Shown here: in pieces, positions 49,455 to 62,514 of the stretch | Numbering within the stretch: the stretch's first letter is position 1 | Layout: each line of letters opens with the position of its first letter | DNA from: Narcine bancroftii | Taxonomy: Eukaryota | Assembly (NCBI RefSeq): GCF_036971445.1 | Contig: NC_091469.1 | Span: 460,598,001-460,662,000, forward strand | Length of the DNA stretch: 64,000 bases | Direction of reading: 5' to 3' | The notes under the pieces: generated by a model | The model's input: only the letters and a program-made list of their open reading frames with translations | Databases searched by the model: none | What the model was told of the DNA's origin: nothing | Position numbers and translations under genes: made by a program

Positions 49455-51030
49455 AACACACACCACACACACAAAGATGTTCTAATTTCTAAAGCTATTC
49501 AGCAATTAAATAAATGTTTTTGCTTTGCTTGTCAGCCATGCTGAAACCTTATCCCAGCTTGAGTAGCCAATAATAATAAAGACTGCAGTCCACACATTAA
49601 GTAAACTATTTCTGTGCTCTCATATCTGATTCTTCATTATTGAGGTTTGGAATAATCCTGTGAGCCAGCTTAAAGCAGAAGATCCTCTCTTATCTCAGAT
49701 ACTCTGTCCACGGCTCAAAACACAAGTACTTTTCGCTTCAGCAGTAGAATGCTTCTTTATATTGATTGGTAAGTCCTTGAAGGGTTGGTAGAAGCAATAT
49801 CATGAACCATTATAAAATGCACCAAGGTTAAAGATACCCTTATCTGAAGATAATGTCAATAGAAATTGCCCCTTGATTCTGAGTCCTTTAATGAACCTGT
49901 GAAGGATTTTTTTGTTTAGGAATTCTCCAATAATTCACAGGAGACACAGCCCCTTGGTAGTCTCAATTTCTTAGTGGAGGTTGAAAAAGCTGATCTTTAT
50001 CAGGTTATCAGTAGAAATTGAATAATGAGTTGAAGTGCTGTGCGAAAATAGAGATGAAAGTCAGTCAGGTGATAAAGTAGTGAGAGGTAGGTGTGAGCCA
50101 ATGCAATGAAATCAGGAGTTCAAGTTTTCCTCAGCACTGAATAGATTATGAGCCTGGAATAGTTGGGTGCATATTTCCACAGTGGGACTGCAAACTGTTA
50201 ATGGGACATTAAATTTGCCAATTGAACTGATGTCACTTTTCTTGTTCCTTTAAATGATGTTGATTTTAATTTGTTAATTGTTCATTTCACCAACTTTGAA
50301 GCTGATAGGTTATGGGGATTTGTAGATAGAGGATTTAAGATTATGGGGAGCAGACAGGTAAATGGAGCTGAGTCCACGGCCAGATCAGCCTTGATCTTAT
50401 TGATTGGTGAAGAAGGCACAGTGGACTCCTTCCCCTATATTTTTATGCTCCTATCAGATACATCATTGTTTGGTCTGTTCAAACAGGACCAGTTCTTTTG
50501 TGACGGCAGTATCAGCTGGTATTTTCAGGGATTTTAATTTAATTTAGAGATACAGAATGATGATAGGCTCTTCTGGCCCACGGGTCCATGCCATGTAATC
50601 AATTTTAATCTTCAAGCCCTGTATGTCCTTCCAACATACGAGGAATCCAAAGCACCTGGAGGATTTGTCAATGTAAACTTCATGAGCATAAATAAAATTG
50701 AATTAATCTAACTTACGACAGTCACCATCGGATGTCCTGCCAAATATCCATGAGAGTGAATATTGCTTCACTCCTTGTCATTTGTATCTGAGTGTGCAAA
50801 ATGGCTTCCATTTGCCTTCCCACACTAACAACCGCTGAAAAGTATTGTCACTCCTGTCCTCTCATTTGTACTGACTGTGTTGTTTCAGAAATTGCCCCAA
50901 ATATGGAGAGGGGCAGATTGGAAGAAATGAGCAGGAATCTTCCTCTGTTGGAACTCCAACTTGAAAAATAAAGCTCTAGTCTTCAATATGAGTTTTATTT
51001 CATCAGCCAGAATCAAGGGAGTTTTCAACA

Positions 51031-51631
51031 CATAAGATGGCAGTATCTCAATATGATGGCAGCCATTCTTTTAAGTTTAAGTTAATGATTTAGTGAAGTA
51101 TTGAACCATTTGTAAGTCCAGTTAAATATATCCTTTCCAAGGATTGGACAAGATTGGTCTTGTACACTGAATCAAACCCTTTATTGAGGAATTTGCATGT
51201 TATACACCATTATTTCTTGCTTTACTGAGACAAAAACCTTCACACTCCACCTACCAGATCAACCAGCTAATCTATTTGTTTTGGTTCAAAATAGTTTGGA
51301 CCCTTTCTTTTGAACAGGGGCTCTTCACACACCCCTCATGTAAAGTGCTCTCCCTTCTGCCATCTGGTAGGAGGTACAATAGCACATGAGTCCTTAAGTC
51401 CAGATTGGGCAACAGTTTTTTTCCCCAAGCCATCAGGCTCCTGAATTCCCAGAATGTATGTGGATAGTGCACCATGGATCTTTACTATATATGTCTTAAT
51501 ATTTTAATATTTCAATGTGTTCAACTTCCATTCCAATTTATATTTATGTAAATATGCTCCCTGGTCCTGGAGAAACGCTATCTTGTCTTTATATTGCGAG
51601 CATGGGATGAACGATAAATAAAGGTGACGAC
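51031..51631 (+). repeat. Left arm of a ~600-bp inverted duplication (flank plus Rex 3' end)
   Basis: Near-identical reverse complement of 61192-61798; ORFs 51272-51475(-) and 61348-61551(+) are almost the same. Confidence 0.95.
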
Positions 51632-53256
51632 CTTTATTCACTGCTAGCTAATTAACAATTATTTTCACAAACTGGCACATAATTCACAGAGATTGCTGAA
51701 ATCTGGCTGATCCAGCAGAGCTTTGCTTCAGGGGAGACACATAGGTCTAAGGATACAATAATGGTAATGATGGAAGAATTTGGTGTTGAATTTCAATCAT
51801 ACTGTACTTGAAACAAGATTTTAATTCTAGTGCAGGGTGCAAGATGTTCTGCACTCCCTCACATTGCTTATCTTAATAAAAGGACACCGTGAAAGATCTA
51901 ATGAAATCTAAAATAAATAATTTGCAAGTTGTATAAAGGTGTTAATTGCATGAATGAACACTTAATGTTTAGTCAAAAAGCTATGGCATCACACTGATAA
52001 GCATAAGATTATGATGTGTAAAAGTTATTTTTAATCAGACTGCAGAGACGAGTTAGCAATAACTTAATTTGATTGGAGTTTAAGTGAAGCAAAATATTTG
52101 AACTCCACATGACTGACACTGATCTGGAAAGAGCAAGGTCAGTTTCCACATTCCTCCCAAGTAGCACCATAGAACTCGACAGCACAGCAACTGGCCCTGC
52201 AGCCCATCCAGTTCATGCCAAACTATTATTCCGCCAAGTCCCATTAACCATGTGAACATAGAAGTATGGAGAGGTGGCAACAAATTCACAATGTGGCATA
52301 ATCTTTTACAATTATTGTTAAAAAATCTGTGCATACTGAAATGACTCATGGAGAAAACTCCAGAGAAAGCACGGGAAGTACGCCTCAGTCTCTCGTTAGT
52401 AATTTTCATAACATCCATCTTTGTTCGTTCCTTGACCAATGGATGAAACCAACCAGGCTCCTAACATCAAGTTCAGATGAGAATGTGTTGAAGGAAATAA
52501 GTGAGCTTATTTTTAGTTCAACCATTGACTGTCACATCCAGGGAGATGCATGCCTTTCAGACAGCATGTAAAAACCTAATTGCCTCATCTTTCAAAATGT
52601 CAAAAGTCATCTCCCTGTGTGTTTTTTTTTAGGAAGTCAGATCTTTAATAATGTTGAATCTCCTCTCAATGTAACTAATGTACGGTAACCTCACTGTTAA
52701 GTCTCGTCCTAAAATTACTCCAAAGTGCCTGCCATCAAATGAAGAGAGGAAATTCGGTAATAGTTCAATAAAAATTTCAAAACTTTCAGCTGTGTCACCA
52801 TGCACAAAATGATCAAATTATATGCAAGTCTTGCCATGGCTGATTCTCTTTTAGAGCCCTTTGACCAAAATCTATTAAGGTGTGTTTTACCCAAGTGCTT
52901 TACCCTTTCGAGAGAGAAAAAAAAACGAAGGACACAGGTCAAATCCCAATACAAACGCAGCTTTATTTTCACACACAGTCAACCATACTTTTGTTTGTTT
53001 GCCCAGAAAGGCATGCAAAGTGATGCCATTCATGCCCCAATCAAGAAGAGAGAAGCAAAATAGAGTCCCTTCAGGGACCCTCTGTCAGTGGATCCCACCA
53101 CACTCTCTGCTATTGCCACTTCTTGTGCTCCTGTAAGCTCTGAAGCCACACGGCCTCCTGCCTGCTCCAGCAATGAACCTGAGCTCCAGGCATCCAAGTC
53201 ATCCTCCTCGGCTCCTGATTGCAAACCCCAGATACGATTAGGAAGCTGTCAATGCC

Positions 53257-55536
53257 TGAACTTTTTATTTAAAGTCTTAGAGAAATTTAACTTTGGTCCC
53301 TCTTTTATTGGTTGGATACAATAAACCAATAGCCAGGGTATTGACAAATGGTCAGATCTCGGAACCTTTTAAATTAACTCATTCAACTCGACAAGGTTCT
53401 CCTTTGTCTCCAGCTTTATTTGCATTACCTTTAGCACAGTTGATACGACAAAATACACAGATACAAGGTATGAGAGTTTTAGATGAGGAGTATAAAATTA
53501 ATCTATTTGCTGACGATGTACTGGTGTATTTAACAAACCCAGCTCAGTCACTTTTACATTTGAAGGAATGTTTAATACAATATGGATCTTTGTCTGGATA
53601 TAAAGTTAACTGGGAAAAAAGTGAAATTTTACCGATAGGTGAAGGAGATTATTCAGTTTATAAGAATATTACTAATTTGAAGTGGACTGATCGAATTAAA
53701 TATTTGGGTATAAATGTGAATGTTGACTATCTTTATATAAATTCAATTATGTACTGTTAATGAAAAAATCAAAGCTGATTTGATTAAGTGGAAGGATCTT
53801 CCTATAAATTTAAATGGAAGAATAAATACAATCAAAATGAATATCTTTCCATGTATACAATATTTGTTTCAGTCAAGTTAAATATTTGGGTATAAATGTG
53901 GATATTGAGTATCAATCTTTATATAAATTAAATTATGTACCGTTAATGAAAAAGATCAAAGCTGATTTGATTAAGTGGAAGGATCTTCCTATAAATTTAA
54001 TTGGAAGAATAAATACAATCAAAATGAATATATTTCCATGTATATAATATTTGTTTCAGTCAATTCTGTGTTTACTTAATAAGAATTTTTTTTTGAGATT
54101 TAAATAAAATGGTAAGGGAATTTTTATGGAAGGGTAAATTTCAGAGAGTAGCTTTGAATAAGCTAACCTGGAAATATGCATTAGCGGGATTACGCTTACC
54201 ACATTTTCAAAATGATTATGAGGCATCTCAATTTAAATTTATTAGTTCATTAATGGATTTGGAACAGCCCCCTAGTTGGGATAAAATTGAGATGGTGAAT
54301 AGTTCTGAATTTGAAATACATCAATTTTTGTTTCGGTGGAATTTAAATTTATTACAACAATATAATGTGCCTATACTAAAACATTTAATGAAGTTATGGA
54401 TGAAGAAAAATAGAATGATAGGTTCTAAGGGTAAATAATTGACTTTAACACCATTATATAATAACCAACTTATTCCTTTTTCAATGTATAATCAATGTTT
54501 ATTACATTGGAAATCTAAAAGTATAAAAAGATTGGGGGATTCTTTTAAAGAAGGTCAATTTTTATCCTTTAATCAAATGAGGGAAGATTTTGGTATTAAT
54601 GAGAATTCTTTATTTATTTATTATCAACATTGATCCCTAGTAAAACAAATATTTGGTAAAGATATGATTTTACCTAAATTGACTAAATTTGAATCTTTTC
54701 TTGTGATTGCACCAAAGAAGGGATATATTTCATTGATGTACCAAATATTACAGGAAAGTATGGAAAAAAAGGGATGGGATAGATCTAAGATTAAATGGGA
54801 AAAGGATATTAACCTTACTTTTTCTGAGGATGATTGGTTAGATATCTGTCATGATCATGTTACTAAATTGATAAATGTTCGTTATATAATGGTTAACTAG
54901 AATTTTTTTACATCAATTGTATTTAACACCTAAAAAGTTAAAAAAAATATGGTTTTAGTGAATCAGATTCTTGCTTTAGATGTGGTAATTCAGTTGAAAC
55001 TTATTTTCATGCTGTTTGGTTATGTGTACATATACAATCTTTTTGGAAAGCAATTCAATTGTTTTTGGAACATTTGTATAAGATCAAAATACCTCTGGAC
55101 CCGACAATATTTTTGTTGGGTGAGTTGAATCCTTTGAAAGATTTGGGATTAGACAAATTTCAGATTGCTTTTGTATACTTAGTTACAAAAAAAATGTATA
55201 GCAAGTACATGAAAAAATGCTAATGTGATTGATATTAATAGATGGCAAAATGAGATGAAAACTTGTTTGGTAATGGAAAAAATCACATGCTTTACATGAT
55301 AATTATTCTTTTTTTCTTAATAAGTGGTTTTTATATCTAGAATATTTACATTTAGATTTTAGTAAATAGATTTCAGGTTTGTTTTTCTTTCTTTGGCTCT
55401 CCTAAAGAGGAGGAGTGGGGGGGTTCTTCTTTCTTTTTCTTTTCTTTAATATAATTTTTTTTAGTCGTTCATAATATGTATTTTTTTTACTGTATGTAAT
55501 AACTTTGTTGAATGAATAAATAAAGTTAATAAAAAA
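53257..55536 (+). mobile_element. L1-clade LINE, 5'-truncated ORF2 with poly(A)
   Basis: TRQGSPLSPALF, LFADDVL, IKYLG, GLRLPHF, CFRC..H..WLC zinc motif; 17-bp TSD AGGAAGCTGTYAATGCC (53240-53256, 55537-55553). Confidence 0.92.
53696..54063 (+). repeat. ~185-bp tandem duplication inside L1 ORF2
   Basis: TTAAATATTTGGGTATAAATGTG...TTTGTTTCAGTCAA at 53696-53876 and 53878-54063. Confidence 0.9.
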
Positions 55537-56023
55537 AGGAAGCTGTTAATGCCCAAGGCACTTCAGGAGTCCTACTTGTCATGCACACCCTACACGAATT
55601 GGATAACAAGTATTTTATTTTTGATGATTTCCAAACTTCTAGGTACAACCAAATCTGAGGAGTTTGCCATTGTCTTCAATGAAATATAAGCTATAAGAGC
55701 TTAACAGATGAAATTTGAAACTGGAAAATGCAAAGCATTACCCTTATGTAGGAAGAATGGCAAAAGGCAACATAAACAAAGGACCATGGTTTCCAAAGTG
55801 GTACAAGAACAGAGATTGAAGTAAAAGACAAAATTCTGTTGACACAGTGGTTGAATTAAAAACCTCGAATGCTGCTGAGTTTCTCAAGCATTCTGTGCTT
55901 TTACTAGAACAGCGATCAGTTAATATGACAAAATCATAGAGAGATACAGCATAGTAACAGGCCTTTCAGCCTAGCAAGTTTGCGTCAATCACCAGCTATC
56001 TATTTGCATATTAATATCACATT

Positions 56024-56902
56024 TGCGACAGAATTGTGTTATTAATCTTTAGTTATATATTTCTTAGTAAAGGGATTTTGTGGATGGACAAGGACACACA
56101 GACACTACAAACCCTTACACACAAAAACCATTTTAAAAGTCAAAATGTCTGCTATGTCATTGTTGGCTGAAACTGTGCAAACAGCCATAAAAACTTAAGT
56201 GATTCTTGATTGAAACTAAGACAATAGTATTTGCTGAGAGATGGCATCTGTTCAAACTAGCAAATTCTTGCTTTAATGACCTATGTAGACTGGCCGGTAT
56301 CCTTTGCCCACGGTTTTTTATTTGAAGTGGAGTTGAAGAAACTTCAAAGACAGCAATGAGGTCATGTCATGTGATTTTGACATTTCAGAAAAAAAAAATT
56401 AATTTTGCATCAAAAACAGAAATGCAGTAGCCTCTGGTTAGAGAGGTACTGTTCTTGTTGTATTCTCTTTACCATGGGAGATACACAAAATCAGTGGGAA
56501 GGAACAGCCACTTCTGTTGTTTCACCATGTCCATTTCTCTGTGCCCACTTCATGTAAACCTTGCCAGGGTTTGTAGAAATGATCATGCAGAGATCACAAG
56601 TATTGTAATCTCCACGTAAGAGAGGGAGATCATTCACATGAAGAAACAATTCTCTGAAAACAACTCTACAAGAATTTTGTGAGTTTTGAGAAGTCTGACA
56701 CCTCACACCTTCTCCATAATTATTTTTGAGCAACAATTTAAAGAATGGGAGTTTCAACACAAAACTGACTGAACTTTAAAAATTGATTAGAGTTAAATTT
56801 AGAGTCAAGTAAGAGGTGTTATATTATTTTAATTTAAAAATATTGTTTCGATAATACCATTGTCTTGGTGATTTTCTATTGCTGCTGGTCTGGTATGTAA
56901 CA
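56024..56902 (+). mobile_element. Solo LTR (879 bp)
   Basis: TGCGACA...TGTAACA termini; perfect 4-bp TSD CATT; 3' end (AACCATT.GTCTTG.TGA.TTTCT.TTGCTGCT) resembles the LTR at 1185-2232. Confidence 0.85.
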
Positions 56903-57014
56903 CATTGAAAACAAAATTTTATCCCCTCCCCCATCAAAATCTCATCAATCCCCTTGAAGTTAAATAAGAAGCTCACAGTATTACAAACGACCCCAGCATC
57001 TGCAATCTTCTAGG

Positions 57015-57155
57015 AATGAAACACAAAAGTCTGCAGATGCTGTGATTGTAGTAGAAACATAGAAATGCTGGATCAACTCAGCAGATCTTGTAGTGTTTTT
57101 CAGAGGTAAAGATATACACCTGATATTTCAAGGCCTGAGCCCTTCTTCAAGGGAG
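57015..57155 (-). mobile_element. Penelope terminal repeat with a hammerhead-like core
   Basis: Same sequence family as 2395-2525 and 32620-32755; minus strand TTGAAGA-AGGGC-TCA-GGCCTT-GAAA. Confidence 0.6.
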
Positions 57156-57399
57156 CCTACCCTATGTTACACTCATCATTTCCTAATATATTCCACCACT
57201 CAACTACTCATGAGGGGCAATTTACATGGCCTATTAGTCCACCAACCAGCACATTTTTGGGATGAGGGAGGAAAACAGTGTATCCAGAGGAAGACCACAC
57301 TGTCACAAGGCAAGTACGCCTACTCCAAACAAAAAATATCCAAAGCCAGTCTTCAATCTTGAGTGAAATTGTGGCTCGACCATCTGCACCACTCTGTCA

Positions 57400-57730
57400 C
57401 CTGTCTCTGGAGGGTCTTTCTAGGGTTACGTGCAGCAAACACCAGAGAATAACTACTTAAGGTGAGTAGAGGAAAGTTTAGGGAAGATGTCTGATGTATA
57501 TTATCTTACACATACCAGTGGGTGTCTGGAATGCATAGCTGGGGGTAGTGGTGGAGGCTGGTGCAATGGGGATATTCTTACATAGGCACATGAATGTAAG
57601 AAATAGAGAGGTTTATGGATGTAAGATAAGGAAGGATTAAATTGTTGTGGAGTAGGTTTATATACGCCAGCACAACACCGTAGACTGAAATGCCTGTACT
57701 GTGCTGTAATGCTCTAAATTCAATACTCTA
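57400..57730 (+). mobile_element. CR1 3' end
   Basis: Similar to 14060-14160 and 16240-16430. Confidence 0.65.
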
Positions 57731-58619
57731 TGTGTATTGTGCATTGAAAGTAGCAGGGTACTTTGAGAATGTAGTTTTAAAAAATCACATGGGATTTTAG
57801 CTTTATAAATTTTGGGACATGCTCATGATGATAAATTCTGATTCTAAATAGAGGCTTGGCGTGAAAGGGCAATCAAATCAATGTTCAGCTTTATTGTCAG
57901 AGTGAATACATGACATCTCAGACAACATTGAGATCCTTTTCCCTGTGGGTGAATCAGAACTACCACTTATTTGTGGTGCAAAAAAAACTGAAATCAAGAA
58001 GACACATACATAGATGTAAACAAACTGTGAAGTACAGAGAAATAAAAACTTTTATAAAGCTTTGGTTCAGCCACAATTCTCATCATCATACCTAAGGCTA
58101 TCAGGGAGGAAAGGGTTAGGATGATGGGTAGCAGGTGTATAAAGTGCAGCACAACATTGGGCTCTACACTGTGCTGCAGTGTTCTCTGAAACATGCAAAG
58201 GTTGTAGAAGGGATGCTTTGTTTAAGTATTTCTGATCAATGCATGATCAAGACAAAGGATGTAGGACATATTTCTCCTCAAAGCATTTCCATCACATTGG
58301 AGGTTTTAATGCTACCGAGGTCCAAAGGCATTATGAGGTGGGAGTTAGAAGGTGGGAGTTGGAGGCCAGCTTCTCCCATCTCATGATGTCTATGTCTGCT
58401 TTCTTGACAGCCAGACATTCCACAGTGACCAATATGCAACTGGTAGTCCAGAATAGACCCAAAGTGGTACAGGCGAAGTCTTTGTGTTGGACAACACTGG
58501 AATTATTGATCCAGACCTTTATTTTCCCTTTTGAGAAGGCTACATGTGCTGTGCTCAAATTACTCATACTTCTCATTTTACTATCTTCTTAAATAAAAGT
58601 CAAATCATTTTCATTCTGA

Positions 58620-58885
58620 ACTGTCAAATTAGAATTGAACCTGAATAATATATATATTTTCAAAATTCTGGCACACGAGCCGACACAGTCCAATTATACC
58701 CATGTGACCAATTCACCCACTTACCCTGTATATTTTTGGAACATGGGTGGAAACCAGTGCACGCAAAGGAAACACACTTGGATACAAGGAGATCATGCAA
58801 AATCCTTACAGACTGTGGCAAATTCAAACCCAGGTCGCTGGTGCTGTAATAGTGTTGTGCCCACTGCTGTGCTAACCCTGTCACC
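58620..58885 (-). mobile_element. tRNA-derived SINE
   Basis: CCTTACAGAC...ATTCAAACCCAGGTCGCTGGTGCTGTAA...GCTAACC. Confidence 0.7.
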
Positions 58886-59139
58886 ATTTTTTTCTTCCTC
58901 CTCTTCTTCATTGACTTATTTCTGCACTCTGATTTTATTGTTTCCAAAGTGACAAGAGATTAATGTGACAACCATAGACATTTCCGCATCTGAGTCAGAA
59001 GGTGCCTGATAAGGCAAGTAAGTAGCTTAGGAGATGGTGCATTCCTTCTGCCATTTGTGCATGGCTTCAGGGTGCTCCCATTGATTCAGTCCTGAATGGA
59101 CTTTGAGGAGTTAGTTTCTCACAAAAATTTTGAAAGTTT

Positions 59140-59455
59140 AAAAAATTTTTTTAAATGTAGACAAACAGCACGGTAACAGGGCATTTTGGCCCATGAGTGC
59201 ATGGCGTCCAATTTACACCCCACTAACCCACACCACCAGTATGTTTTGAATGATGGGCGGAAACCAAAGCCCCCAAGGAAAACCCACGCAGACATGGTGT
59301 TCTTTGCACAGATCAAATAATGTTAACCAGCCAGTCATGGTTTAATTGCTCCTCATGTTTACAAACTCTTTACAGACATTGTGGGATTCGACCCCTAGTC
59401 CCGATCGCTGATGCTATAAAGACATTGTGCTAACCGCTATGCCAAGCATGCTGCC
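59140..59455 (-). mobile_element. tRNA-derived SINE carrying a 65-bp foreign insert
   Basis: SINE core interrupted at 59298-59362 by an exact copy of 60600-60664. Confidence 0.8.
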
Positions 59456-61191
59456 ACAAATAAATCTTTGTCAAATTAACAAATCTTTTCCTCAAGCCGC
59501 TTGATAATCCCTTGAGCTTGAAGTAAAGTATCTCTTTTGGGATTCTTGGACATGTAGTGGAGACCTTACCCATGACACTTCTAGTGATGTCCAGAGTAGT
59601 GACCTGGCTTGAAGTGATGTCCGGGACTTGGACCACGAGGCAGAGTGAAAGAACGTGCTGTGCTTTGCTGTTATATCAGTGCAAATCTGCGCTTCTAGCC
59701 AATAATTTAAATTAAATCAAGGTAATTTAAATTAGCCAACAACAAGCTGGAGTCCAACCTTGATTGACAGGTGATGTAAATTCCGAATAGGTTTCAGACA
59801 GGGAATCCATGTAACTACCCACATTCCAGACAGGCATGGAGGCCACGTTTCCTCCACACAAAACAGGACGGTAGATAGATTCAAGTTCCTGGAAGTGAAC
59901 GTTTCTAAACCCTGCTTCAGGAGTGAGAATGAAAAGGGAGAAAACCAGTAGTAAAGATAAAGGAATGGGTTCATGGTGATAGGTGAAGGAGGGGTGAAGG
60001 ATGATGGACAGGTGAAGTCCAATAGGGTGGAATTAGGAGACAAAGACAGATGTAAAAAGATAAAGAATGGGGAAAAGGGTGGGAGGGGGGGCAGATGGAA
60101 CCAGGAGTGGTGGAACAGATGGGCTATTTCCTCTGTTCTCATGTTCTTTCAAATATTATCCTCAAGATTTTGGAACTGCAGGCAAAATTAGGACGTGAAA
60201 TCTCTGCTCTATTGCTTTTGTGGTAAATTTTCTCCTGAAGAACATAGAAAAGTGGAATCGAGAATGGAAGAACCAAATCAAAAACAGCAAAGTTGTCTTG
60301 ACTCTGAAGTCAGTTCTTTTTAATTCAATTTCTAGAATGGAACTAATGTCCCTTATGATTTCCACGACTCTGACAGGAAGGAGCCACCCTTTGCATTTAA
60401 CAAAGTCATCAACCTCACTCATAACTTTTTATGTACAAATCTACTTACGTGGAAATTGTGGAGAAGCCAAAAGACACTGGAATTGCTTTTGAAAATTCAG
60501 CATCAATTTTATATCTTGCCTATGGAACAATAAAACAACTTGTTGGAAAAATTGAAAGAGAAAAAAAAACAGGCATGAGTAAATCCAATTAAAAACTACT
60601 GTTCTTTGCACAGATCAAATAATGTTAACCAGCCAGTCATGGTTTAATTGCTCCTCATGTTTACCTTTCATCACCTCATACCAAATAAACCTCTTTGAAC
60701 TTTAGACACTTCAATGGTTCTTCCCACATTAGGCAAATAACAAGTAGAAATTGATCCAATTTTTATTTAATTAGCTCGTTACATGTTTAATTATCTTGTG
60801 GTGGGGAAAAAATATGTGTACTCAGTGTAAGCTGTCAGACTGACAAGCAAATTGGGTTTTATCTGATCTGTTTCTAAATTCCATTCTCTTGCCTCAGTTC
60901 ATTGGCCTTAATGGCCTTGTCACACAAAATTAAATTATGACTTTGAAATAATGTATCCAATTTGTACTTTGTACAGAGACTGATATGAAAACCCGTTTTT
61001 GAGAAAGGTAGACTGAAGGGAGTAGCTGTGGGATTATTTCTTGGGGAAGAAAATTGTTTTGTTTGTCACTGGAAATGAAGCCACTATTTTTTGGTAACCA
61101 ATGGATACACAAGGTAAATATATCAACATGTGCCCAGTTGTCAATTCAGACCAGCCTCAACCTGTTGTTCCCATGAATCACCTCAAGTCAA

Positions 61192-61798
61192 GTCGTCACC
61201 TTTATTTATCGTTCATCCCATGTTCGCAATATAAAGACAAGATAGCGTTTCTCCAGGACCAGGGAGCATATTTACATAAATATAAATTGGAATGGAAGTT
61301 GAACACATTGTAATATTAAAATATTAAGACATATATAGTAAAGGTCCATGGTGCACTATCCACATATGTTCTGGGAATTCAGGAGTCTGATGGCTTGGGG
61401 AAAAAAACTGTTGCCCATTCTGGACTTAAGGACTCAAGTGCTATTGTACCTCCTACCAGATGGCAGAAGGGAGAACACTTTACATGATGGGTGGGTGAAG
61501 AGCCCCTGTTCAAAAGAAAGGGTCCAAACTATTTTGAACCAAAACAAATAGAATAGCTGGTTGATCTGGTAGGTGGAGTGGAGGGTGTGAAGGTTTTTGT
61601 CTCAGTAAAGCAAGAAATAATGGTGTATAACATGTAAATTCCTCAATAAAGGGTTTGATTCAGTGTACAAGACCAATCTTGTCCAATCCTTGGAAAGGAT
61701 ATATTTAACTGGACTTACAATTGGTTCAATACTTCACTAAATCATTACTTAAACTTAAAAGAATGGCTGCCATCATATTGAGATACTGCCATCATATG
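61192..61798 (-). repeat. Right arm of the ~600-bp inverted duplication
   Basis: Reverse complement of 51031-51631 with a 7-bp insertion; the LINE (GACTT)n tail continues at 61183-61191. Confidence 0.95.
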
Positions 61799-62514
61799 AG
61801 ACATTCTTTGGACAATTTGAATGGACATAGTCATCAGGTAAAAAAGGTTTTTCCATCAAAATAGAATAATAGGTCCCACAGTTTGAAGACAAATCTATTT
61901 GGTAATAAGAGGGCGAGAACCCCAAAGACTTTCTCAACCGAGAGGCTGCCCTGATTACAAGTTTCCTTGGCTCCATTTGACCCCACAATAACTTTTTCAG
62001 TTTCACCTTCATCAAGTGGTGTTTGAAACCACCGTGCACCAACCAGGAAACAACAAGGCCTCTAGACCACGTGGTCTCCCTCATGAAGGTAGCGCTTGTC
62101 TGAAAGGAAACTCACATACTTAAATATGCAGTCACTTCTTCCACATGTGGGCAGAGGACGACATGCCAGAGGACTGCAACTCATCTGTGGCCATCACCGG
62201 GAGATGTCACTGTTGTCTGCCACAGTGCTGGGATCCTTCTCAACCACATCTTTCCAGCTGATGAAGAAATTCTCCCAGAATTACATCAAGAGACCTATTG
62301 TACATATTTTATGGATAATTTATTATGATTTTTATGGATTTTGTGTTGCTGTATATGAAAATCACTGCAACATTTTTCTATCACATAACATCTTTTAGAT
62401 ATAACCTATTTCTGTGATTTCCTGTCATATTTTAAGACTTCTAATATATTGCCCACAAAGCAAGCTGTTTTGCTCAGTCCAAGCATGCTCGGGCTTGCAC
62501 TCAGTTCAGGTGTT

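Noticed and set aside
51031-61798. One large DNA transposon with 600-bp TIRs
   Set aside because: No TSD at the outer ends, no transposase inside, and the arms consist largely of a LINE 3' end.
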